Below are positions 23,325 to 37,389 of a DNA stretch of 64,000 bases, one piece after another. Source of the DNA: Octopus vulgaris (Eukaryota); the NCBI GenBank assembly GCA_951406725.2, contig OX597818.1:30070001-30134000 (forward strand), in the 5' to 3' direction. Numbering within the stretch: position 1 is the first letter of the stretch; each line of letters begins with the position of its first letter. The position numbers and the translations under genes are program-made. Under the pieces are notes generated by a model that saw nothing but the letters and a program-made list of their open reading frames with translations, ran no database searches and had not been told where the DNA came from.

Positions 23325-25366
23325 TCATCATCATCGCATAACGTCCGCTTTCCATGCTGGCATGGGTTGGATGATTTGACCGAGGACTGGCGAACTAGAT
23401 GGTTGCACCAGGCTCCAATCTGATCTGGCAGAGCTTCTACAGCTTGATGCCCTTCCTAAAGCCAACCACTCCGAGAGTGTAGTGGGTGCTTTTATGTGTC
23501 TCTGGCACAAAGGCCAATCAGGTGGTACTGGCAACAGCCACACTCAAATGGTGCTTTTTACATGCCACCTGCACAGGAGCCAGTCCAGTAGCACTGGCAA
23601 TGACTTCGCTTGAATATTTTTTCACGTGCCACTGGCACAAGTGCCAGTAAGGCGACGCTGGTAATGAACACGCTCAAATGGTGCTTTTTATGTGCCACTG
23701 GCATGGAAGCCAGTCAGCTACTCTGGCAACGATCATGCCTGGATGGTGCTCTTAGCGCTCCACTAGCACAGATGCCAGTCATGCGGTGTTGTCATTGAAA
23801 TTGATTTCGATTTCGATTTCACTTCCCTCAACAGGTCTTCGCAAGCAGAGTTTAGCGTCCAATGAAGGAAAGGTAGGCATAAGTGGGCTGATTACACCAC
23901 TGACATAGGCCATAGATTATGGTCTCACTTGGCTTGCAGCGCTTTCTCAAGCACAATATATTTCCAAAGGTCTCGGTCACTAGCCATTGCCTCGGTGAGG
24001 CCTAATGTTTGAAGGTCATGCTTCACCACCTCATCCCAGGTTTTCCTGGGTCTACCTTTTCCACAGAATCCCTCAACCTCTAGGTTGTGGCACTTTTTCA
24101 CACAGCTATCCTCCTCCATTCTAACCACATGGCCATACCAGCACAGTCGTCTCTCTTATACACCACATCTGATGCTTCTTAGGTCCAACTTTTCTCTCAA
24201 GGTACTTACACTCTATCGAGTATGCATCTGACATTACACATCCAGCAGAGCATACTGGCTTCATTCCTTAGAAGCTTACGCATGTCCTCAGCAGTCACGG
24301 CTCATGTTTCACTGCCATGTAGCATGACTGTTTGTACACATGCGTCATACAGTCTACCTTTTACTCTGAGCGAGAGGCCCTTTGTCACCAGCAGAGGTAA
24401 GAGCTCTCTGAACTTTGCCCAGGCTATTCTTATTCTAGCAGCTACACTTTCAGCACCCCCACCCCTGCAACAGAGTTGGTCACCTAGATAATGGAAGTTA
24501 TCAGCTACTTACAGTTTTTCTCCCTGGAATGTGGCGGAAGTTGTTCTCTACATATTTTCAATATTTATTGCTTCTGAGTATCTGCCTCATACAAAAACTA
24601 TCTTCCCAGTTAGCCTTCCTTTGATATTGCTGCACCTCTTATGTGTCCATAGCTTACACTGGGTACATCTTATAGAGTTTCTACCTATGCCTTTTCTACA
24701 GATCGAGCAGGGCCATCTACCTGAAGGGATTTGTGATTTGACAGCCTTCCTACTTATTAGGACTTTGGTTTTAGCTAGGCCCTTCGATTCTAATTACTTC
24801 CACACCTGAAACTTCTCTTCTAGTTCTGATAGTGACTCAGCAATTAGAGCAAGGTCGTCAGCATAGAGGAGCTCCCAGGGGCATCCTGTCTTGAATTCCT
24901 CTGTTGTTGCCTGGATGACTATGATAAATAGGAGGGGGCTGAGGACTGAACTTCGGTGGATCCTCCTTCTATTCTGAATTCTTCACTGTACTCATTGCCA
25001 ACCTTCATCTTACTGACAGCGTCCCTGTACATGGCTTGTACAGCTCTCACTAACCATTCATCTATCCCTAGTTTTGTCATTGACCACCAGATAAGGGATT
25101 GGGAGATCCTGTCAAAGGCTTTCTCCATGTCAATAAAGCCAGGTACAGAGGTTTATCTTTGGCTAGGTATTTCTCCTGCAGCTGTCTTACCAGAAATATA
25201 GCATCAGTGGTGCTTTTCCCTGGCATGGACCCAAACTACATCTCATCTAAACTGACTCTCTCCCTAATTAGTTGGGTTATGATCCTCTCTGTGACCTTCA
25301 TTACCTGATCCAACAACTTGATACCTCTGTAATTATTTGTATCTAAAGTGTCACCTTTATCTTTGT
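23325..25366 (-). mobile_element. RTE LINE, RT half plus 3' UTR
   Basis: EKAFDR, GCPWELLYADDL, GRPRKTW on the minus strand; (ATG)n tail at 23325. Confidence 0.88.
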
Positions 25367-26072
25367 AAAGTCAACCTAGCTAAAACCAAAGTCCTAATAA
25401 GTAGGAAGGCTGTAGGTAGAAACACTATAAGATGTACCCAGTGTAAGCTATGAACACATAAGAGGCAATGACTAGTGACCAAGACCTTTGGAAATATACT
25501 ATGCATGAGAGGACCCGGCAAGCCAAGTGAGACCATAACCCGTGGCCTATGCCAGGGGTGTAACCAGCCCACTTATGCCTACCTTTCCTTCATTGGACAC
25601 TAAACTTTGCTTGTGAAGACCTGTTGAGGCAAGTGAAATTGAAATCAAAATCAAATTTGATGACTGATATCCGTGCCAGTGGAGCACTAAGGGCACCATC
25701 CAAGTGTGATCATTGCCAGGGTAGCTGACTGGCTTCAGTGCCGGTGGCACATAAAAATGCCAATGGCATGTGAAAAAATATTCGAGCAAGGTTGTTGCCA
25801 GTGCCACTGGACTGGCTCCTGTGCAGGTGGCATGTAAAAAACACCATTTGAGTGTGGCCATTGCCAGTACCGCCTGACTGGTTCTCGTGCCAGTGGCTAG
25901 TAAAATTACCCACTACACTCTCGGTGTAGTTGGCATTAGGAAGGGCATCCAACTGTAGAAACTCTACTAGATCAGATTGGAGCCTGGTGCAGCCATCTGG
26001 TTCACCAGTCCTCAGTCAAATCATCCAACCTATGCTAGCATGGAAAGCGACATTAAAGGATGATGATGATGA
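25367..26072 (+). mobile_element. Internally deleted RTE 3' part, head-to-head with the previous copy
   Basis: VNLAKTKVLISRK...CTQCKL fused directly to the ORF end and 3' UTR; (GAT)n tail. Confidence 0.85.
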
Positions 26073-27832
26073 TATGGATGATATATATAAATGTATGTAT
26101 GTGTTTGTCCCCCCACCATCGCTTGACAACCAACGTTGGTGTGTTTACGTCCTTGACACTTAACGGTTTGGCAAAAAGAGACTGATAGAATAAGTACTAG
26201 GCTTATAAAAGAATAAGGCCAATAAGTACTAGGCTTATAAAAGAATAAGGCCAATTTATTCAACCAAAGGTGGTGAAAACCTTAAAGACAAGATCTAAGG
26301 TTAAGGTACATGGCAATATAGCTATTTAAAAACTATTTAATATTGTCCATTAAGCTGACTTGTCTTCAAGAAGTTTGAGATATTGAGTGATGTTCCAACA
26401 GCTAATCTTAATTTTTGTATCAACTTTAGCTCTTTTTCAACATTATTGAAAATAATTATTGTTCTTATTTTCTGGCTGAGTCGGTAGAGTATTGGAAAAC
26501 TAGTCAAGATTCTGGCAACTCATGTCCTGCTACCAGAATATTGCCCCCTTTGCTTATTTTAATCCATTTAAAAATATTAGTCAGATCTGTTGATTCAGTT
26601 TTATTTAATACGAGGCAAATTAATGTGATTGCAATGCAGAAGACATAAATTATCCATTTAGAATCATACAAGACCATTAACTTCACTTGAACCTTTGTTT
26701 GTAATGTGGAGTCAAAATTTTCATTGTTCAAAACTGTGTCCTTTTCACTGAATAAAATTTGTGCTGCATCTGAAAATTTTTGATAATATTACAACAGATA
26801 TTGCTAGGGATGTTTCTTTTGCTATTTTTTGTAATCATTTATCTATGTATAAAACTATTGTCAATTGATCAAGTAAATTTCATTCTGACAAAGCTCTGCT
26901 GATGAAGTTCTATAAGATAGAAACATGCCTATTACTATCACTGTCCTGGCTAATAAAAACTACTTTCTAAATTTTTTCTGTCAAAATAAGACATAAATAT
27001 AAATTTTTAACGAATTTTTTGTGAATTCCATTTAGTATGCAATTAGGTATTTGATTTAACAGAATATCATGTCACTTTCATTGGCTGAAACTTCCTATTT
27101 CTAAAGGATTATTATTATTAGCTGTAGCTGTGCTTCAAATTGCCTAGTGGGCACAGCATGAATTTGTGTGATAAGTTCCTATGGGAAGTGTTATCCACAA
27201 AATGAGATATCGTTTTCAAAGCTAGTTTTTTTCAACTGTCATCTACTTAATACCTCAGAAACCAAATGTAAGCTCTGGCCCAATGACCTGTGGTCATTTA
27301 TAAAAACAGACGTATGTGTATTTTCTTCTTATCACTCCCATCATACATTTCGTAGCAAACCTTGTTGAATTACAGCTTAGTTCACATTATAACTGTCCTT
27401 AGTATAAGGAGATGAGGCAAAGCTTCCATCACTTGATAAAGTGCATTGGTTTTCCCAAACAAAATCATCCTACCATTTTTCAGGCAAGAACAGCAATAAG
27501 AAATGGTTAAGAGATCACATGCAATAGAATTGGTTTTGTGTGTGTACACATGTGTGCACGTGTGTGTGTGTGTGTGTATTCCACATGTGTATGTGTCCAT
27601 GTATGTATGTTAATGAGGATGTGCTTGTGTGTGTGTATATGTATGTGTGTATGTGTGTGTGTTTGTGCATGCATGTCAATGTGCCTGTGTTTGCTGCATT
27701 TGCACATGCATGTGTGTCTGTATTCATGTGTCCATTTTATGTCTGTGTAACCTCATGTGTGTTCGTGTGTCCATGTGTGTGTGTTTATGTGTATGTGTGT
27801 GTGAATTCATGTGTCCATGTGTGCATCTGTGT

Positions 27833-27899
<67 letters not shown>

Positions 27900-27938
27900 G
27901 ATATTAGCAAAAGAATTTTGACAATAAGGAATTCTTAC

Positions 27939-28183
27939 CAATCTATAAGTGCAATTTATGTGAGCCTTTGTCCATCTATGTGCTGGAGATGCATTAGAAG
28001 TCCATTTTTTATGAGGAGTATCCCCCCAGAAACCATATTCAGCACAAATTACTGTTAAGCTAACTTTACCATTTCCATTTATTCGATATAAGAAGGAAAA
28101 AGGCTTCCCATCTTCTCCAAAGTTAGCTGCTTGCCATGTCATTTGTGATGTACATCTGCTTTGTCCAGTGGAAACCATATAAC
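27939..28183 (-). CDS. Gene B exon 3, core of MAM-like domain
   Basis: TTTTACCTAG acceptor, GTAAG donor, 245 nt open, phase 1/0. G-Y-M, F-x-Y-x-x-x-G and W...W-x-x-A-x-I motifs resemble MAM beta-strands. Confidence 0.82.
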
Positions 28184-28989
28184 CTAGGTAAAACAATGCA
28201 AGATGGATAGCCAGATAGGCCAATATATAGATGAAGAAACAGATAAGCAAATACTTACATGAAGACAAACAAATTTTTATAAAAATACCTCAGATCATGA
28301 CTTAATGTACTAATTTACAACATATGAATACATGTATTTATCCATTACCCTTGATACAATCAATATCTCATTATGTGAAATCTTGAAATTATTACATCAT
28401 TAATTAGAAAATCATATCTTTAAAAACATGTGAAGTTAGGAGATTGTATAACTATTACATTTTTTACATAAAATTTTACCATAAAGATTTAAGTGCATTT
28501 TATTTTTCTGTTTTCAGTAAATTAAACATGTGGAAAATAGCAAGATTTCCATCCACAAGTATACTTGCTCCCCAACCTGATTTTGTAGAGTTTGTGTCAA
28601 CCTATGGTCATAGACTTATACATTATTTTGTTTGTTGTCATTTCTGACTTGCTGTTCAATACAATACGAAAGGAAGAAGAAAGAGAACCTTGTATATTAC
28701 AAACACATACTGTTTTAATGAACCAACTACCAGTGCCAAACAATGACAATCAGAATGCCTAAAAATGTATTTATAACCCTGATATATACTATATATACAG
28801 ACAACAACCATGTCCTAAATGAAATGTTTGACATCCACCAAATGATATATGTTTAAGTGAAGTTTACAGACTCTGTGCATTTTGAATGTCTAATATATCT
28901 CCCCCATGCTGTAATTGTTTTAGTTTTAACATTTCAATTCACTGTCTCAGATGAAATCACTTCCCAGAAAAGTATATCTTCAATATATA

Positions 28990-29051
<62 letters not shown>

Positions 29052-29482
29052 AATACATATACACATATACATATCTGTTTGTATCTCTGCATGTATGTAT
29101 GCATGTATGAGTTTGGTGATAATAATACTTATGACACCAACACACACACACATGTGCGCACACAAACACACACGTACACACACACACATACACACACACA
29201 CATACACACACACATACATTCAAGCACATACACATGTGCATGCAAGCATCTACTCACATGCACACAAGCATATGCACATGTGTGCACATGCACATGAGTA
29301 TGCATGCACATACATAAGTGCACATGAGCACACTTGAACATGCACCTGCACAAAGGCATATGCATGAGTGTAAACACATGAGCATATGCACATATACACT
29401 AGTGTGCATACATCTGTATGCATGCATATGATTTATAGATGCACACATGCATTCACATACACACACATGCACATGCATGCAT

Positions 29483-30990
29483 ATAAACTTGTTTCGCTAT
29501 GTACAAGGGGTGAGAGTATACAGTTAGACAGGCATGGAGAAGCGTTGGAAATTGAGGATTTCGGTCCTGCTCATGGGGCTGATATAGTTAGTTGGTACAA
29601 GCGGTGCAGGGGAGTAGCTGGTACTAAGGAAGTATATCTGGGTTGTTAGCAACCAGTGGTTTGAAATTTATCAGAAGGACATCCTTTTGGTGATAGAAAT
29701 AGGATAGATTGTAGTTTTTGTTGATGGAGACTGCAGGTTGATAGATGATATGCAGGTTTCATGGAGGCAGAGCTGGCAATTAGGAGTGCTGGGGAAATAT
29801 GGTGGTGCCCTGCCGACAATAGTCCACTTGCTGCTGGGTGTTTCATCAGGTTATACATTTTGGACACCCCCAAGAGACGTACACCCATATAGGTTGGTTC
29901 TGTATAGGGATGATGGCCTGGCTATCTCAAGCCATATGAACGAGCATGACATGGATACATTTAGGAAGGACTTAAATATGAATATTCAAAGAGTTCAGCC
30001 TGTCCATAACAGTTACCACCAACCTGATTATGGCTGATTTCTTGGATGTAACCTTAGACCTGAACATGGGCAAGTACACCCTGTACAGGAAGCCTAATGA
30101 TGAAACAGCATATATTCACAAGAGCTCAAACCACTCCCCACCTCCTGCTGTAATTAGAAATCTGCTTTCAGGTATTAGCAAATGGGTATCAAAACTATTG
30201 GCCAACAAGGAGACCTTTAATAGCACTGTTTCCCACTACAACAATGCTTTGGCTAGGAGAGGATTTTTTGAGAAGCTCGCATATGTGGGCAATCCCCAAA
30301 TCCTCTCTCCTCACACCAAGACAGTTAGGAAGAGGAAACTAATCTGTTTAACTCCCCACCCCATTTAACCTAGAAGTTTCCACCAACGTAGCCAGGGGCT
30401 TCCTGTCATTAATTAAGAAACATTTCCTCAGAGGTCATAAGTATTACAAACTCATCAGCACCACAATGTCAAGGTGAGTTACTCCTGTTTAGACAATATT
30501 GTATCTAACATCACATGCATCAACAGATGCAATAATGTGCCCACACAAACCCCAACCCTATCCTGCAACTGTCGAAACTCCACCACCTGTTTTCTAGAAG
30601 GATTCTGCCTCTCAAGGGCTGTAGTATAGAGTAACCCTTATATCATCTGATGATATCACTAGGCACTATACGGGTATGACAGCTATTGACTTTAAGGCAA
30701 GGTACTCCCTGCACATATACTCATTCAGATCCAAAGATAAAGAGAATGCACTTTCTCTGGAGACACTGTAACCTCTGAGATGAAACACCCATCATCATGC
30801 CTGCATACTCTTACCCCTTGTACATAACAACATGAGTTTATATTCTTGACCAATCACAGGCCGACGCCCACCAATAAACAGTGACTCTCTTTCATCAACA
30901 TCTTATTCTAATTCCAATGGCTGAAGACTAGCATCATGCTTGAAACTTGAAGTACTAAAGGAATTTGAATCAAATTGTTTGATCCATACA
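29483..30990 (+). mobile_element. Decayed Penelope-like element (RT + Cys linker + GIY-YIG remnant) with an inverted terminal piece
   Basis: LYRDDGL, DFLDVTLDL...YRKPN...YIHKSSNH, CNCRNSTTC...FC, HYTGMT...FKARY. 29483-29535 is an inverted copy of ~30795-30841. Confidence 0.82.
30915..30955 (+). ncRNA. Degenerate hammerhead-ribozyme-like motif at the Penelope 3' end
   Basis: CTGAAGA-CT-AGCA-TCA-TGCT-T-GAAAC. Stem I and the cleavage triplet are eroded. Confidence 0.45.
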
Positions 30991-31054
30991 TGTAATCTAA
31001 CTCCCAATAAATCTGTTGAGTGTCCTTCTCTTGTTTGTCTGCTCACTGCTCACT

Positions 31055-31106
<52 letters not shown>

Positions 31107-32325
31107 TCTGTGTCTGTGTGTATGCATGTATGAGTTTGCTGATAGTAATTCTTATTACAGTAATGATACACATGCACGCTTGCACACACACACACACACA
31201 TACACACACATACACACTCACATAAATATATATATATATACACTGAGGTTGTTTGTCATACATGATGCTGTTACTAAGCACACAAACACCCAAGGTCTTA
31301 AATAATACAAAGTCATCTCAGTGACTTTGGCACTGATACATTCACCAATGTACTGCCTTGGAAATATGATTCTCTCTTCTCTATTCTTATTCTATCACTA
31401 CTGCAATGAACCTTCCTCATTTTAACTTGCTACTTAATACCACTTCCACCAAGTCAAACCAAAACTCCTGTCTTTCCTCATCTTCTAATCCCTACTGTTT
31501 CACACTAACTCCTTTACACAATCCTTCATCCCCAACATGTCTACACTCTAGATATCTTGTTTTTGCAGATGTCAGCTTACAGATGTTCAAGCTGAACATA
31601 GACTTTATTGATCTAACATTTGAATGAAAATTGGTTTAATGTCTCATGACTGTGCACTGTCTCAGAGTTTGCATGAGTCGTGTCATCTCACAAGCCTGGA
31701 GGGAAATTTGTTTTCAAGTTGGAATCAATGTCTACAAGTGATGAGATGTAAATTAAAGAATAAAAAAAAAAATTGATCTAACTGGTCTCTAAGGGTCTGC
31801 AAATGTTTTTTTGCAGTCCTTTTCTCTTGACAAAGACAGAAAAACTGCCAAAACCTAGAGTATCATTTCTGTTGTGTATATGTATATTATGAGATTTAGT
31901 AACTGTCTGAGACAATAGCATGCTTTGTGTAAAACCACTTAACCCTCAACAACAGTCAATTCTCCTGGTTTCAAGTCAGTACCATAAAGGTATCAGGAGA
32001 AACTTATAATTGATGAATCAATTGTGAAGGTACTGGGTTCTGTTTGATCTCCTTGTGAATTCCAACAATGACCAACTCATCTGTTTGTGTACCAGATTTT
32101 ATATAGTCTGAGCTTCCAGAGTGTGATTTAAGAATAATTTGGCTGCTATTTCTGGGGGATTAATAAATATGTAAATATTCCTTCATATTTACTCAGACAT
32201 TTTTGTTTGAACTGTTATATTAATAAGAAGGTAAAAGTAAGATGTGTGAAAATGAAGAAAAAATAAGACTTTGAAATACTAATATTTCTCAAGCTTACAG
32301 AAAAAAAAAGGGAAAAAAATCTCAC

Positions 32326-32427
32326 CTTTAACTCCATCAAGTTGCTTGTTTATCCATTTCCAGGAGCAATGTTCATCTCCAGTAGACCAATGACACTTTC
32401 CCTTTTGGAAACTGCATTCCCAGGAAC
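32326..32427 (-). CDS. Gene B exon 2, N-terminal part of MAM-like domain (SWECSFQKGKCHWSTGDEHCSWKW)
   Basis: AG acceptor, GTGAG donor, 102 nt, phase 1/1. C-x-F-x(4)-C-x-W...W pattern typical of MAM domain N-termini. Confidence 0.82.
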
Positions 32428-34427
32428 CTTTATATTATGAAAATATAAACACTATTAGCTTTCTGAAAGTATTGTGTACTGGAATAATTTTACTTTATTT
32501 TTAATATCAATGTTTTTTTACATAGACTCAAAGTATTAGGTTTAATATAGAAAGGGGAAATGAGATTCTGTGATGTTCATACCTTTCTCAATAGATTTAA
32601 TTGAGTAAGTGAATTAAAATTTTTATATTGTAGACTTCATATTAAACAAGTAACTTAGTCTAAAAGCTTACATTCCTTCATTTAGAATAGAGTTCTCATC
32701 TTTCAAGTTCTGTTGCCCCAAAATGTTTGTTCTATGCCTATATTAGAAATCATAATATAACTATGCTGATAAATTGGTTATTTAACATCAACTAGCTCAA
32801 GTTAAAGAATTAGTACAAAGGATTTGTATTGACATCGGAAATCTACTTTCAAATCTTCTTGTCAGATCTTTATGTGCACTGTTGCTCTTCAAGATATCTG
32901 TCAGACTGAATCTAGGAGCCTAAGAAAAGCTGTCTACTCATTTTTCTGGTAAGGCAAGAGAGAATATGAAACTCATGGACACAGTGTTTTGTTTGCTGTC
33001 TTGAATACACTTCTTTAAGCCTTACTAGCTCAGATACAGAGTGCATGCTCTTCCTTCACAAGATTTCATCTTCTTTGTATGTATGACACTAGACTTACAG
33101 TTGTTGATGACTTTGATGTTAACTTGGACAGTCACACCAAACATTTCCTAGAAAAAGAACCTTGATAATTTTTCACTACTTTAATGCCAGAGGTGATGCA
33201 ATAAAAAGAAGATTGTCTATTTGCTTAGATTGTTACAATATTGACAAGGTCAATGATAATAGTTAAAGCTACTTAAGATAGGATGAACAGGACTTAAAAC
33301 AAGGCAGTTTGTGATATAGACTATTCACATGTCTGCACCAAAGACAGAGGGGTTGATATTCCTGAATGCAACAAACGATACAAAACCAGAAAAGCCTGTC
33401 CACTTCAACTCATTGCTCTCATATGTCTTCTTGAGAAACTGTTGAACATTAAATGCCATGCAGCCCTTGGACAACTGCAAAACAATCTTTCACATTGCTG
33501 CAATAGAATCTTCTGAGAAAAATCCTGCAGCACAATAATTGGCATTCATTCTATTTAGAAAGGTTATGTCACTTCAGTGCTGCAAATTATAGACTCTTCA
33601 GGCCTACAAAATCTTGCCTTCTACAAGAATCACCAAACACTTGTGACAACTAGAAGCAGAATTCAGGAAACTGTCTGAATGAATATTAATAACTATTGAC
33701 TCCTCTCCAACTCCCTCCTCCAAACTGAAACACAAGTAATATCAGGGAGGTGTACTCTGGTAAAAAGAAAAAAGATACTCCAATCAGTAATAAATTGCTC
33801 TGTTAAAGCCCAAATCTATAACAATAATTACAGAGAGACCTGAATAGATAGAGAAATGGATGGAACTTTACTGAATATCATTGATGAAAGAAACTTGTTG
33901 ATCAATCAACTTTGATGGTATTCAAAGTTTCCCATGTATGATCAAACAAGATGAATTTTCTATAATAGAAGGACTTCATGATCAGATGCCATCGGGCAGA
34001 GTCCCCCCCAAAAATTGTATTTCGATAGAGGTCTTTAAGAACATCATGCCAATCTTCCTTGTACTTCTGCAAAAGCTTCTCATTGAATGTTGGGAAAGGG
34101 CACAGTTCCTCAGGATATGTGAGATGCCAATATTGTTGCACAATATAAGAACAAAATGTAACAGTAGTGACTGCAATAATTTATTATGTTATATTTCTTC
34201 TTGCTTTAGTTGGCAAAGGTTTGCAGACAGAGTATATCCTGAGTCACAATCACATACCAAGTAATCAACTACAGACATGGTATTTTCATTGCATCAAGTT
34301 CAAGAAAATAATGAGAACATAATCAGCCATTATATTTAGCCTTCATTAACCTAGCAAAGCTTTTGATTTCATTGTTCAAAATGGTCTTTTTAAGATGATA
34401 ACATTCACTGATTGCAAACCAAATCTA

Positions 34428-35326
34428 TTGGGTCATCCCATAAATAATGCATTTTTTTCACTTGCATGAACTAAAGATTGGAGTGGGATGGGATAAAATA
34501 CCTGCATCAACTTGCTATAAAAGCAAGTAGTAATTTTACCTTGTACTTATTCTTAGTGCAAGTTTTGAAGAGTGCAGTTCAGTTTTAACAGTTATTTTTT
34601 CAAAGCTATAATGGAAGTGACAAAGGAGCATATTTGGCATATTTTGCTTTATGAGTTCGATAAAGGCAACAACATAATGGAAAGTGCAAGAAATATTAAT
34701 GCAGTATTTGGGGATTGGGTAATAAGCATAAACCAGTGTCAATTCCAGAAATCCAAGCTGAAAACTACAACCTAGATGAGTCTTGTCCTGAAAGATCTGT
34801 AGAGCTTGAAGATATCCTGCAAACCTTGGTGGAATAAAATCCTGCTGTAACTGTTGAGGAACTATCAGAGAAGCTTGAATTTGGTCATTCAACCATTTAT
34901 CAACATCAGTACTAGAAGAAAAACAACCATCTTTGGTTTGAAAACAAAAGGTGTTCTTTCATCAGGCTAATGTTCAGTTACATACAGCGAGGATGACATT
35001 GCAAAGGTTGGAGTAGTTTGAATGGGAAATGATACCCCACTCATCATATTCGTTGGATACTACCCCATCTGATTATCATTTATTCCAGTCTTCAAAATCC
35101 TTTGGACAGAAAAAATATTAATTCTTTAGACAAGGTCAGAACAGTACTGGAGGAGTAGTTTTCATCACGGACAAGTGAATTTTGGAAGAGGGGCATTGCA
35201 AGTCTACCAGACAGATGGAAGAGCAATGTAGAAAATGAAAGAGAGTATATTTTAAATTTAAAAACTTTATCTTAATTTTGAAAAGTAAAAGTATAAAAAA
35301 ACTGCATTATTTATGGAATGACCCAA
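34428..35326 (+). mobile_element. Duplicate of the deleted mariner
   Basis: Same TIRs, TA and insertion site as 2054-2957, so it inserted before the segmental duplication. Confidence 0.9.
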
Positions 35327-36960
35327 TAATTTACCATAAGGTCTTTCCATAATGGAATGTTGAGCTCTGTATACTATGATGGATCAATGTCTTGTGAATT
35401 TGGAGGGAAAAGTAGAGTTGAATAAGTATGGTATCTTCGTAAGGCTGCTCATAAAAGAAATACTCAAGACTTCATCTGATAAGTAAGATGACTGGATCTT
35501 CAATATAGCCAGACTAAATGTCAAAACTGGGATAAGAAAAGTTACTATCAGAGACTTGGCATTTGCTGATGTTGAAGATATATCTTTAATCTCTGCAGAA
35601 GTCTAAAATGTATTATGGACAGATTTTTAGGAGTTACAATCAGTCGCAAGAAGATCCATGTTATGAGACAAAGTACTCCAGCACCTCTGTGCATTATAAT
35701 CAAAGATAAGTAACTGGACGTAGTTCATAAGTTTCAATACCTTGGCTCCTTTACTACAGATAACATTGCCTGAGAAAGAAAACTGGGAAGAAATCAACTG
35801 GAAATGAAATTATTACTCTCTCAAGACTCACTTGGAAAGTATAGTAGAATAACATCAAAGATTATTTGCTAAGAAATACATTTGCCAGGATTGTGTTCTT
35901 TGTACACTTATTTATAGCAGTGAATTGTGGACAACACAGTTTTCCCAAAAACAACAATTTATATGTGTTCCATATGAGGTGTTCTTGCAGAATCCTTGAG
36001 ATTTGCTGGCAGAATGGGATTTCCAGGGTAGGCACATCCTCCATGTTTTCTTTTCCAACTCCAATGACAACTTTGATAAGTTGAAGATGGTCATTGCTTG
36101 GATGATGGTCCTATTCCAAAACAGGTAGTCTCTGGTGAACTGACATTTGGGTGTAAAGTAAAGGTCACCTTTTCCTGAGATACAAAGATGTGTAGATGTA
36201 CGACATGAGACTAACACGTGGGTAGAAAATCTTTCACAAGACCAGGATGAAATAGTGCTGATAGTAATTAGCACACTCTTATATATATGTGTACATATAA
36301 AAATTCTTTTATTTTGGCATGAAGCCAGCAATTTTGAGGGGTAGTGAAGTCGATTTCATCAACCCCAGTATCTAACTGGTACTTATTTTATTGACCCCAA
36401 AATAATAAATAGCAAAGTCAACCCGGCAACATTTGAACTCAAAATGTGAAGTCATAAGAAATGTCACTGAGCATTTTGTCCAGTGTGATAATGTTTTTGT
36501 CAGCTTGTCACCTAATGTTTACATGTAAATGCATGTACATATTTATGGATATGTTCATGTGGGTATGTGTGCAAAAATATGTGTGCATGCATATGTGTGA
36601 ATATATGTGTGCACAAATATGTGCATATTCATGTATTTTAAGTGAGTGTATATACAAGAAAGTGTGTGTGTATGTGTGTGTGTGTGTGCCTGTATGAGTG
36701 TGTGTGTCTTTATGAGTGTGTGTGTGAACATGTGTGTGTGTGTGTGTGTGTACATGTGTGTGTGAACATATGTGAGTGTGTGTGCATGTGAGTGTGAGTG
36801 CGTGTGTGCATGTGTGTGTACACCTGAGGTTTTTCAGAACCATTGACATACAATTGTGCAGTTTTTTTTTTTTACCTTACCTCATTCTCTAGGTATATAG
36901 ATATCAAATAGACTAATATGACATATTTGTTACATGAAAATAAATCTATTAATGTCTTAC

Positions 36961-37027
36961 CGTATGTATATGGAAGGATTCCAATCAGTAAAAGGCAACT
37001 AATTTTTGTGACTTGTAATATAGACAT
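36961..37027 (-). CDS. Gene B coding exon 1, signal peptide MSILQVTKISCLLLIGILPYTY(G)
   Basis: ATG at 37027, 67 nt, hydrophobic core, phase-1 GTAAG donor. Identical to 4607-4673. Confidence 0.8.
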
Positions 37028-37340
37028 TCCGCTTGGAATTGAATCTCTCAGTTACAATTATTTTATAAAAACAAGCAAAACAACATTCAAGTTATTTCAA
37101 AGCTTCCTTCTTTAAAAGTTTTGATTAATAAGTTATCAAGTAAAATTTTATGTTATCATTATGATCATAACCCCCAGGGTCACCCTTGCTATGACAAATT
37201 TATCCTCCACCACCACCACCACCACCACCACCACCACCACCACCACCACCACCACCACCACCACCACCACCACCACCACCACCACCACCACCACCACCAC
37301 CACCACCACCACCACCACCACCACCACCACCACCACCACC

Positions 37341-37389
<49 letters not shown>

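Larger units (their letters stand above)
17150..37027 (-). other. Gene model B: join(37027..36961,32427..32326,28183..27939,22760..22694,17831..17150). MAM-like domain / mucin stalk / single-pass membrane protein; last exon frameshifted
   Basis: All four introns are GT-AG with pyrimidine-rich acceptors, and phases match (1,1,0,1). Spliced product: MSILQVTKISCLLLIGILPYTYG-SWECSFQKGKCHWSTGDEHCSWKWINKQLDGVKG-YMVSTGQSRC...FSFLYRINGNGKVSLTVIC...WTKAHINCTYRL-DKIFIEAEFHGKSNVMIGKIWNE-NGPQTENSCPPVPPTTTQAP... Confidence 0.8.

Noticed and set aside
26899-26924. CTGATGA...GAAAC hammerhead-like boxes
   Set aside because: Stem II is weak and overlaps the GAAA box; there is no stem I or cleavage triplet.
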